From the NCBI GenBank assembly GCA_030141605.1, contig JAQGDQ010000056.1:620001-684000 (forward strand): a stretch of 64,000 nt of DNA, read 5' to 3'. The position numbers and the translations under genes are program-made. The notes under the pieces are model-generated. The model searched no databases, was not told the DNA's origin, and saw only the letters and a program-made list of their open reading frames with translations. This stretch comes from Tubiluchus corallicola (Eukaryota > Animalia > Priapulida). The stretch's first letter is position 1; the number at the start of each line of letters is the position of its first letter. Of the stretch, positions 12,308-24,080 are shown piece by piece.

Positions 12308-14878
12308 ATGGACGAAGAAAATTTTTTAACAACTACGCTGAGTTTAAGCGTTAATGATGACCAGAGCTGTACCTATGGTAGCCCTGATGGGTAAGTTTTA
12401 GCTATTTTATTTCGCCGTTAACTCAAAATTTTGATGTAGGTCTGTATGTTAAGTATGCTATTTCGCTAACACACATCAAAGTTGAGTTGTACAAACCGTT
12501 AGCCACACATGGTCGACAAAGTTTCAACAACTTTTTGAGTAACGCAGGTTTAGTTGAGGTTATGCCACAAGATCAAAAGAGCTGTTGATAATTCAAACAT
12601 TGTAGGCCATTTAAGTTTGCAAAGATGGAAAGCTGACTTGGAAAGCTGATCAATTAACTTTGAAGGACCACAAGATACGAGCAAAACTGTAATGTTCGTA
12701 CAATATTTATCACGAATAGAATTCAATTGCAGTTGAACAATCAGTTGGATGTGTGTTATCATCCGTAATTCAAAAACATGATGATAATCTCTATTTACAT
12801 TGCAACGGCAAGTAAAGTGTTGGCCTATGTTGCGGTTTACTAGCATATTAATGTTACTCATAAATTTATCAAATTCTATTATAAATACTCCTCAAATTTG
12901 TCACTTTTTATTGTTGTTTTTATTTTAATTATATTCTTATTCCTAATGATATTTAATAGACAAAGAAAATATTTTAAGAACAATAGCTTTACATAGTTTT
13001 CAAAGTTAATTTAACTAACAAGGTGCTAGTTGTTAAATAAAATAGTTAAATGGTTTTATAAAAAATAATGGAAAAAAACAGTCGTCAATTAACAGATGTC
13101 GGCTCTAGGGGTTTCACAAGTTATGAAATTGTATTCCTCCCTTTGAACCATGCTAGACGGTATAACCGAATGTTCCGCTCTTCGTTTAGATCTACCGTTT
13201 AAACTAAAATTTTTGAATTTTTTTTTATCGTTTCGTGTTTTTAAGAATTGATCATATTAGTTCTGTATAACGAATTGTATATTAAACTTTTCGAATTTTT
13301 GACTATTACCTAAGAGAAAAGTTTTACAGCATTTTATAAAATCGCTATCTAAATTGCGCGGTAGTTATTAGCGCAAAGTTTAGTTACTAATTTCGAATTT
13401 TTATTTAATTTGCTTATAAAAATCAGCTAAAATCACCCGTTATCACATATTACCAATGTAAGCCCCAGTACGTTCCCAAGTTTGTTCTAAAATGAGGGTC
13501 CCTAACCGTTTCTGTTATATTTATTTTCTGAACTATGATTGTGTGCCTCTTATAGTTTTACTTCACGACAGCTTTCAGGTCGCGTAGCAATTACTACGAA
13601 TTTTCTAATAAACTCGGTCTTACAAACTTTATTTTGTAAATTTTGTTATTTCAACTTCAAAATTCGTTGTTTTTCCGATGTAGACATATCACATTTTTAT
13701 TTTTCAGAGAAAGCAATGAACACACTGTTCCAGTACACTTTGTGCCCTCTGACACCTCAGCAGCTAACGTCAGCCTTGCTGATATAACCGCTACCGTAGC
13801 CAACACATCGCCATTACCTGCATTTGTAGAACCAACAGCCAGCCAGTTTACAGATGAACAATCACTTAACAAAACTCAGGTTCGAACAGAGATAATAGCA
13901 GAGAATAAAAAGCCAACTGTTTCGAACAGTCATGATGACAGCAATGATAAGCCATTGTTTTCTTATACGAGTATGATAGCTATGGCCCTACTACACAGCC
14001 CCATAGGGAAAATGCAGCTCTTTGAAATTTACAAATTCGTCGAAGAACATTTTCCGGCCGTGAAAAAAGAATCAACTTGGAAGAACAGTATTAGACACAA
14101 TCTCTCGCTTAGTTCTTCGTTTTTTAAAGCGGGGAGGAGAGATAACGGAAGAGGTCACTATTGGGCGATTCGCCCTGACAAAATTTATGATTTTATGCAG
14201 GGAAAGTTTAGGGGAAGGATGGGAAAGCGCCTCCAATATAATCAGTCGCAGACATCCTTGAAGATGCTTTCCGATTTTCCAAAAATGCAAGCAGCAATTG
14301 ATGCAGCTTCTGTAAATTCTCCTACGTATTACGCTCAGACGACCCCAGAACAGGCATGTGCATACATGAATGTTCAGAGGACACCTTGCAATCAACAGTT
14401 CATGATGACGTCAGCGACAACAGCAACACCAAGTGCAACTCCACTGGGCCAATACAATGTACACCTTGGTGGCAATGACTCCGGATACGGTTCGCCACTT
14501 AACTGCAGTTTTGGGAGTCCCAGTCATTGGGCACATGTTCCAAATGCTTCGCAGACACCGCTAACCAGTACTACAATTGGGAGGGGTGCTGCTTGCGGTT
14601 TTGAGCCTGGTCAGGTCACGTATCCTCACAAAACTTATTTTCCTCACCAAATGAGAATGCTAAGCGATTGCAAAGAAAATGCGACTCGGCCCGTTTATTG
14701 TTCTTTGGTACCAAAACAATCGGAAAGTCCTATTGAAACGTCACATAGGGCCAGTCACATGGCTTTGTATCCACAGCCGTATCCATGGCAACTTTTAGAC
14801 CAGCCCTACTTTACGGATAATGATATCTGCCAACTGCCGATAGCAGAAGTGAGAAAGGCACTTGCCGACAATAATTAA
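12308..14878 (+). CDS. foxQ2: Forkhead-box transcription factor, divergent FoxQ2-like, ~417 aa; join(12308..12390,13708..14878)
   Basis: Forkhead domain KPLFSYTSMIAMALLHSP...WKNSIRHNLSLSSSFFKAGRRDNGRGHYWAIRPDKIYDFMQGKFR. The KAGR-DNG-G-YWAI-P---DF--G-F wing resembles FoxQ2. Exon 1 (MDEENF...SPDG) ends GG|gtaag and joins ttttcag|A in phase 2 with the 411-aa ORF. Confidence 0.85.
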
Positions 14879-15488
14879 TTTTATAATTTACTATTCACCA
14901 TTATTCATATTGGTAAAACTGTATATAGCTGTAGTGACAGTATTACTGTTGTTTTAATATTTTAATATAATATCTTTATACATGTATCGAGCACATGTGG
15001 GTTAGTTACAAGTATAAAAAAGTATAAAGTTGTCATGATATTTTCGTTACCATGTCCATTCAGGCATTGATTGCTTAGATTTGTGGACTTGATTTTAAAT
15101 TTTGTAATTTTGAATTGTGCACGAATCGGTGTTATAACCATTATTTAATTTTAATAAACTATTTGATTTAAGTAAATACGCACATGTTTGTAGTGATTTT
15201 ATAAATTTACAAGATATCAGTAGGGTAGGCTTATTTACTACATACATATTATTTACTAACATAGGGAGGTGAATAACCGACAAAAAGTGAAATTTCTGTG
15301 TTCACCTGAAAAATAAAAACGATGACAAACGCGAACAATAAAATCCGATGAATTACTTCCAATCGGATATATCCGATCGTGCATATATCCAATAAATTTT
15401 AGGTTAGATTATTAAATATAGAGAAAATGAAAAAAAGTTTTCAATCGTATATCCTCAACCCAGCATCTTCTGGCTGCATGTCAGAGGT

Positions 15489-15623
15489 CAGGGATATTTG
15501 CATGAAGCTACAGGCAGTTACAAAGGGAAACCTCAAGTGTTTCTGATTCAGTGGTCCAGGGATATTTGCATGAAGCTACTGGCAGTTACAAAGGGAAACC
15601 TCAAGTGTTTCTGATTCAGTGGT
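15489..15623 (+). repeat. Tandem duplication of a 68-bp unit (2 copies)
   Basis: CAGGGATATTTGCATGAAGCTAC(A/T)GGCAGTTACAAAGGGAAACCTCAAGTGTTTCTGATTCAGTGGT at 15489 and 15557, one mismatch. Confidence 0.9.
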
Positions 15624-16753
15624 AACAACGAGTAAGGAGTGTCAAAAATGACTGCCCTCTTTTTACGGAAAAGGCTGAAAGGAATAGATAAAAACCGATA
15701 CAACCATGAAAACAAGCATTTAGTCCTGAATAAAAAGTTTTATCTTAACATCTAGTACTGCCATTATTTGCAACTGTGCAGTTCTGAAGCCGAATTCACG
15801 TTGATTTTTCCATGGAAATGGTATCATGACACATCAGTTTCTTCCTTGGTTTTTGATTTGGTCATTGGGTAACTGTGAAAATATACGTTTCAATTAAGAA
15901 TTCGGTTTGTGAATATTGAAGCACAGCTTTTACTGAAATGAACCCATTTTAATCTCTCCTGCGCATGCGCGCAACACAAGACAATACAAAATTCCACACA
16001 CTGGGTGCTCCACATATTATGCGATTTTTAAAGTGTGTTCTGAATTTAGAAAAATTAAAATAAAATCAAACTGATAAAAGTTTTTGTCCCTGTTGGCCCT
16101 TCTATACATCATGAATCATTAAAATGTCGCTAATAACTGCGATGTAGATTCATTTAAGTTCGATTATGTATTGTAATGTATTGTATCTATTGCGACGACA
16201 AGAGATTTAATAATAAAACTCCTAACATTTGCTTTGTCTTTGGTTGGCAAAATTTGCTTAAACTTATAAATATTAAATTATGTGAAAATAGAGGTTAAAG
16301 CGATCTTTTGTACGCGTATGCTTCCCACGTCAGACTATGCAGCTTGGGTTACTTGGCCCGTATTCAGTTAGTAGACAGGAAAAAAACAAGCAAGAAATTT
16401 TCGCAGCTGAACTGGTGTCGTAACATACATGTATTATTTTAAGTAGTGCTATGCTGCTCGACCACTAAATTATCAAAGCACCACTAATTATCAATGCAAC
16501 TCACCTACTAATAATCAATGATGCGCGTACTTTCTGCGTGTAATGTAACATGTGCTTGTACAAAAAGTGAAAATTTCCCAGACCGCTTGGTCACGACCAA
16601 CTAAGATCCGGGTGTGTGAGATTTTATATCATCAACATCCTGCAAGCTCAAGTTACAATCGGACAAGTCGGTGTGATTGCATTTTATTTTGTGGCAGGAC
16701 TGAGGAAAGTATCAATTTTTTCAGAAGCAGGAATAGAACATCTGTAGCTTGCA

Positions 16754-19700
16754 ATGTGGCGATGCTTTGTATTGAATTTTTGTATTTTGGTTGCTGCTCG
16801 TGTATACGCTTTTGCAGAAGACAGTAATGATGCTAACTATACAAAATGTGGTATGAAATTTTCTTGCATGTTAATAATAATCATTTATAACACGCGGTAG
16901 CAACAACAACAAGAATAAGATAAGATATAGTTTAATTTTTAGGACGTAAGATTACATAATCATCAAATATAATATTTTTAAAAGCTACTACAAGATAAAA
17001 TTATGATAAAAACATGCAGGATTTTATGTCATTTTTTGAAAGCTACTATCATATAATACATAGTAAAACATACGAAAGTATTACGAAATGTTAAGATTTT
17101 AAACAAATGCCGATATGAATATGATACGGCACCACCACCAATTTTTGTTATAGCTGCTGCTGTTGTTGTTGTTCTCGGTGTCCTCAGCTAGATGTGCATT
17201 ACTGTTTGTGTTTAGATTTTTGTGTTATTTGGTGAACCGTTTTTTGTCTGTAAGTATTCTAGATGTTTGACTAAAGATTAATAAGCAGTTTCGATATTAT
17301 GTAGTTAGCTAATACCATATAACGTTTCACTTCTACTCTGTAAACATTAAATGGAAGGGTGACTGTAGCTTCTAGTCGGTTTTGTCAGCTTACCGGGTAT
17401 TTACTTCGTTGAGGGAGGATATACGAACATAGCTGGGGCACTTCTGCCGGCGTACAGTATTTCATCTAAAGGATTATATCGTTCATAATGAGATAGATTC
17501 CTGTCTCGTCGCAACCATCTATAATAAGTAAACTTGACCACCGTATGCTTCGTGAGGATGAATTCCAGCTTACGGATTGCCAAACCATATTATGTGTTAC
17601 CGGTTCATCCAGCAGTTATTCAGCTGGCGACCGGCGCCAGATTTATCAAGGATTTTACGAAGAATCGCAGGTGTGTATCAAACTTCTCAAGTTGGGAAAC
17701 TTTCACAAGATGTTTTGTAAACCATCTCTTCCTAAAGTTTAGTAAGAACGTTTGCTAAGTACACCCTCTACACGTTTTTGTGCAGTTCTTCCGAAAGCAG
17801 TGAGTCACTGATTCACAATGCAGCCAATGTACTGGCGCGACTATCTACACGTGATTGCTCTTTCTTTCTTGAACGTGAGAGCATTGACTAAATCAGCATA
17901 AAACACTTTCAACTATATTGCAGATTTTACACAGAATTTGCACCAAGATACAATGGAATGGCTATTAGAAAGCAGGGACACTGAATGGGGATGGGGAAAA
18001 ATGACCATTAGAGGTGTCCTATCATTACAAATGACTGACATGAATTGGTTAAGCGAGGAAGATTTGTCAAGTCAATTGAGTGTGAAAGAAATGAACATTC
18101 ATATACTCTCTGATTGGATACAAAGGTAATAACATCATTTGTAAAAAAATTTATTGAGGTGATACCTCTCTACATGCTGATGTAACAAATTGATCTGGTG
18201 GTTTTGGTCTGAACATGCTTAATTAAGCCGGTAATTTTTATATTATAAATATTGTGAACGTAATGCACTTTTTTAACTTTTTGTGTGGCACTTTGTATCT
18301 AATTGGCTATCCACTTGCGATGTATAATAAAATATGCATGACTTATATTAAATTTAATATTTTGGGACCATAATTGACACCTTCTTCAAAATATATTAAT
18401 GGAAAAACGTAACTACTCAAAATAATGTATCTATTAAAATACCTGGAAAAACCTGCAAATTGAACATTAATTAGTTAAAGACATTCAATTCTTTATGATC
18501 GCATTCTTATTCCGCTACTTTGAATTTGAAGTAGGGATATTGGCTATCGCTGACACGTAGGTGCAATAGATTATTTAATATTATAATGTATTTACAGTCA
18601 GCCGCACAGTATTTCGGCGGGAGAGCTTGCATTCATGATTAATTCATTGGTTTTTTCCTGTCAAGACCCGAGAGACTTTCACAGCATCAATCTCATTGAA
18701 AACCTAATCTCAAAGGTAAGTAAATGCCGCTTGTGGTGTAATTAAGAAGTTCGGATAGCTAATGAATCACTGAACTCGAGATCATGGATTAGAAAATGAC
18801 CTCAATGCCCGCCATATTGAATTTAAGATGCTTATTAAAACTCCAGCTCTGTCTATTGATGAAGAATTCGGTCCTATAGCCACCCATCGCGAATTGGAAC
18901 AGCTTTAGGTTTTTTCAACGATGATGTTATTGATGTCATCTTGAACTCAGGATAGCAGATCAAAAATCCGACTCTGTCAGTCGATTCACAATTAACTCGT
19001 GCGATGTTTCATGACTATCCATTGCGAATGAACGGACTCTTGTTTTTTTTCAGAAAATGACCTCAATGCCCACCATCTTGAATTTAACATGGCATATTGA
19101 AAATCCATCATTGCCCATCGATGCAGAATTCGTTATTATGAAGTTTCATGACGACTCATCGCAAATTGGAATAGCCTTAGCTTTTTCCAAAGAAGACGTT
19201 ATTGCCGTCATCTTAAATTCAAAATTAGACTCCGTAAATTGATGTAAAATATGTTCTATACTATAGTATATTCGTGTGACTAAATACACGGGACCTTTTT
19301 TGAAGGGTCGTCCCGAACAGCAACAGCAACAAGAACAACAATATAATCAACAACCACCACCACTGCCACCGCCGCCGAAGCCGCCGCCACCACCACCACC
19401 ATCGCCGCCGCCACCACCACTACCCCAACCAACAATAACAACAACAACAACAACAACAGGCTGGCCTAATTTGCGAATTTCGACAAAAACAGTCTAAAAC
19501 CAGAACAGACGTACTTTCTTCTAGATGCTATTATGTGCGACTTTTTGTTTTAGATGTCTGCGTTTCCAGCAGAAGAGTTCAACAATGGATTCCAATACGG
19601 GCTTGCAGTTTTAGCACTGTGTAATGCCAATGAACCAATCTCAGACGAATATGTTGTTGTTCTTGCGCAGGACTTACAACATGCAGACGGAACTTTCCTG

Positions 19701-22700
19701 TTTGGAGCAGGTAGAGTAGGCTATGAATAACAACCACGTAATTGTAAATTTCCATTGTAGTATTTGTCCTTATCACGAAAATCTTTGATGAAAAACGTTT
19801 TGTATTTCAATGAAGTTGACGTCCAGTTTTAATGGCGCCCAGTTGTATTTTACTGCTGGTACCATTGGCTGAGTTAGAAATATCAAGCATTTACATTTCA
19901 CTTTTGTATTTTCTAGACGAGGCTTCGATGGTACTGATGGCCCTATCGTGTGTACGCGATCGGGGATTAGCACACGCAGAAGCGTCTGAAACATTGTCTG
20001 AAGCAGTAGAAAGCATTGTCTTTTACCTGATAGGTAAACAGCAAGAGGACGGAAGTTTCGGCAATGAGCATACAACTGCTCTAGTTTTGCAGGTATGACC
20101 AGGAGTGACAGAATGAATAATCGAACTTGAGATGTTCAGTGACTTGGTCATTTACATATGTTTATAACAAACGACAAAATCCGAAGGATAGTTGGATACC
20201 TAAATGCCGACAATTTGTGTGCAGTACTCGCTTTTCGAGTACTGCTTGGAACAAGCCCTTATATATCCAACTTCTTCTTTCGGGCTTCTTATTTATTGAA
20301 TTCTCTAGTAGAATTTCTTTACCCGAAAATTACGACTTCAGCTAATTCATAAAGAATATCTACAGCTACTTTCTGCAACTAGCACATTAGTTAGGTAGGC
20401 CTGTTTAAATTTTGATTATAGCGAGGTAAATGTGAAACATTTTGCAGGCACTGATAAGTGCTGACATCTATCGGACACACTGGAATTGTAATGCAGCCCT
20501 GGAAGCACTGAAGCACTTCAGGTTACGGGACGGTTCTTTTGGACGTTTAGGAACGCCTTTATTCACGAGCATGGAGGTGTTACCATCCCTGCAAGGAAAG
20601 ACGTACACTCATAATTCAACTGCTTGTCCACAAAAGAATACAGGTGCCTCTTAATGACATGTGAATTTTTAACAATTTCAACGCTATTATTAAAAGAGTT
20701 AGCGGTCATATTTCATGTAACATATAAATAATACCCTTTGTCCAGGTAGTTGCGCCACTGTCATCTAAAGAAAACTAGCTACTACATACTTTGTGTAGCT
20801 GTTGTTATATAGAAAATTAATTTAGAGTTTTGTTTTGTTTTGTTAGTAAAAACAACACAGTCGTCACGGAAAATCAGCGTTCGTTATTCTATAGAAGACT
20901 CAGTGACTAACAGCTTCAGTGTGAGTAGGTTGCTGCGTGTTTCAGAAAACAGCACGATGTACCAGGTCATGTCCCATGCAGCAAAACTAGATGACAATTA
21001 TCAGTAAGTGCGAACGAGTTTGAGGAACGAAGAGAAGTTTATTAATAGCTGCCTTTATATTATAGAATCATGGTTTGCCCTTCAAGTTGAAGGAATTGTT
21101 CGGTAGTATCGCCTGTTAATGTAACTACATACATTAGTACTTTGTCGATAATTTTCCATGCTACCCGTACCAAAAATCTAACACAATGTCGCAGCCTGGA
21201 ACCTGGAAGTGCAGTGGCTCTACAGTCATCCAAGTTATCGACAAGTTTGTAGATACGAATGTTCCTAAAATTTTCCTTGTGCCGAACGCCATCCATAAAT
21301 TAACCGGGCAACAAATGTTGCGTACAGTAAATTTTCAATTCAATTAATACTTTTGTGGACACTAAACATGAAGAAAGAACCATTTTGCAGTGCATCTGGC
21401 ACATGTCACTGTGATGTTAGCTTCCTCATGATTACGTTTCTCATGCTGGTCTACTACTTTCGTAATAACATCTTGACCAGAAGTAACCATATTTTGTTTA
21501 CCTTTTGAAATTCAGCAACATTTCAGCTATATGTGAAAGAAAAGAAAATAATTTTTGCTCGTTACATGAATCCGAAAGGAATTGTTGCCTCTTTTGAGGA
21601 ATTTTGTTATCAGCACTATTTTTTCAGATAGCGCTTCCTTTTTTGGCCGTGCCTTTTAATGCTGATGTCAGTGCAGCCGTCCTATATAACATCATCATGG
21701 GATAGGGGTACAGTTGCCGTCAGTCATGACTCCCTTTAGCGTTACACTCTAAAACACCGATTTTGATTGCTTACTGGTCCATAATACATTTTGTCACACT
21801 TTATGGCTTCACTTGCAAGTTATGTTCAAATATTTAATCTTGTGAAATGGACACGTCAATTTGGCCACTTCCTAGGTGAATAATATCACGCCATTAATCC
21901 TATCGCCAAATGAAAGCCTGCAGGCAACTTCCTATTCGTCCGTAATGGGGTTGTAAGCCTGCAAAGTGCGGGGCTCCTTCTTGATCTTTTAGTGTCCTGG
22001 GAGAGTGGGCCAAAATATGAAATATATAAAAATATCCAAAACGCTGTTGAGTCAGTCAGTTACCATTACATCAAAATTTGGTCTTAACAGACTGTAGTCA
22101 TGATTTTATTTTCCATTACTATAATAACATTACACTGTATTTAACATGATCCAGTTGCTATTTTATTATTTCAAAGTTATAACGTTTTATAATTACGAAT
22201 ACCGTAGATCAGGTAGTCTTTAAATATTTTAAACAATTTAAATAATTTCAGATTTAAGACAAAGGACAGCAGTTTCGGACGGTATGTTTCCGAAATCAAC
22301 GGTTTAAAATCGGATTTCTTGGAACAAAATTACTGGTTTCTGCTTATTGGCAAGATTGGTGAACAACTAAGCATGGCAGTTACAGGTTTGCACAGTTAAT
22401 AACCAGTTTATAAGTGTATTTTCTGGCTGTAACCATGTTGTTTTGTTGCTTGACTAGTGTGTTTTATAAGTTGGAATTGTTGACCGATTGGTTTGTCGGT
22501 GAGTCAGTCACTTAATTTAGTAAGTTTTTTGGTTAGTTATTTTATTTGTCACAGTTGATCATTCGAGTCACTGACTTGTTGTTTGTTTATTTTGTTTACA
22601 TGAACTAAAAGTAACTAAACGAACAAATAACTTGTCAATGACTTGAACATTATTTGCTTATTTATAACTTTTTGTGTCAATCTGGTTGTGATTTGTAATT

Positions 22701-23049
22701 GACCATGCTCTACACATGCGTGCAAGTTTGTTTGTTTGTCTGTTTTTCGGCTTGCAACATTTGTTTAATTTTCGTAATTAGCTATACTTAAAAGAAAAGC
22801 TAAAATTAAAATAATAAGTTATCTTGTGATATCGTTTAAATAAATCGAATCCAAACTGGTAAGTATTAATTACAATTACTTCATTGATCTGATTTTGTGA
22901 TTTGTAACAACAATAGTAGTTCATGCGTCATTTGGCACGCCGTAAAAGTTGCAATTTTCAGCGTTGTGTGCTTTACAGGAATAGATTCGCTGATTCTGAG
23001 CGATGAAGATCACGTGATGTTTCGCTACCAAAAATGGGTATCGTCTTAG
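16754..23049 (+). CDS. Secreted cobalamin (vitamin B12)-binding protein, intrinsic factor/transcobalamin family with C-terminal DUF4430-type beta domain, ~435 aa, 9 exons
   Basis: Exons 16754-16850, 17924-18125, 18598-18715, 19554-19710, 19917-20092, 20448-20643, 20847-21003, 22252-22385, 22979-23049. All GT-AG and phase-consistent (1308 nt). Signal peptide MWRCFVLNFCILVAARVYAFA. Family motifs SAGELAFMINSLVFSCQDPRDF, FQYGLAVLALC, DEASMVLMALSC, DGSFGNEHTTALVLQAL, FGRYVSEINGL, YWFL, TGIDS. Confidence 0.88.
18745..19500 (+). mobile_element. Non-autonomous interspersed element (Helentron/DINE-like) with internal duplication and CAA/CCG microsatellite tail, in intron 3 of the B12-binder
   Basis: Two diverged ~160-170-bp copies starting GAAAATGACCTCAATGCCC (~18792 and ~19053). 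Motif AAAAATCCGACTCTGTCAGTCGAT, then TTTTTGAAGGGTCGTCCC followed by (CAA)/(CCG)/(ACA) repeats at 19318-19458. Confidence 0.5.
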
Positions 23050-24080
23050 GTGTAATCGTCGAAAGTGGTCGAAAGCCCATGCAAAAATTCCGCACTAGAA
23101 ATTACTACCGCGCGTTTATTTTTAGCTTTAGCAATAATATAATTATGAACCAATAATTGATTTCCTGTAGGAACGGAAAAAAATTGCTTTAATTTGATTA
23201 CGGGCTGTAAATTTTGCAGCTTTATTAAATAACTTTGACCGATTTGCTAACACACACTTATTATAAGAACTTATACGGAAGGCCTATTGCCTAATTTAAA
23301 CGTTAAGACTTTGTACATTATTACAGTTAACGTTTGTTAACTATTATTAGTCAGTGAATTCATTATACAACAATAAACAAAAATATTCTAACAAGTTATT
23401 AATTTTGTATTTTATCTTAAACAGGCCTCAAATTTTCGCAAGAAAATTATCCTTAGACATTTTTTCCTTGCCTATAAAAGAAAATCATTTGATACCCAAC
23501 CCGAATTACTTATCTCGCTTCTCTTAGCATGATAATAGCATAAAAGTCGGCTGCTTTTGCATCCAGCATAAGATCAAAATCTGTTAATGCCAAAAATGGT
23601 GAATTTAGCGTTAGATGATGATCACCTGTAATGCAATACCGTACGATTTATAGATAACTGAATTGAGTTACAGCGGCTGCTGAGGCACTGGAGATCTATA
23701 ATGATAGATACTTGTAGTGATGGTGACGTCACACACCTTGCTTGGTTACGCTCTATGCTCACCTTTACAGGTATTATTGTGAGGCGCATGTATCACCTGC
23801 TGAATTTAAAAAAAATGCTTGCAAAAGCGGTACACCAAAAGTATCCTAAACATTTTATTGAACGATTTTTAGCAATATTATGTTTTTCCATATCGTCTTT
23901 ATATTTTGCGACGTAGCAAGAAACTTGGATTGAGTTTTACTAACTAATTAACCGTAGTTGGCTGAGTAAATCCGCCCTGGATTGCTTGCTGTACCTGCCT
24001 TGAAGGTGTATTAGAATGAAACGTGGCAGCTGCAGCAATGGCATGTGTCTATCGTGAATATAATAACTGTATTAAATAAT

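Noticed and set aside
15489-15623. Direct repeats as a possible CRISPR array
   Set aside because: Only two adjacent copies, no spacers, eukaryotic context, and no cas genes.
17545-17742. ORF with QIYQGFYEESQVCIKLLK, reminiscent of kinase subdomains I-II
   Set aside because: No GxGxxG and no further kinase motifs. It lies in an intron and has no convincing splice sites.
19276-19497. PolyQ/polyP/polyT ORF resembling a formin or extensin
   Set aside because: It is the microsatellite tail of an intronic repeat. The flanking B12-binder exons join in phase without it.
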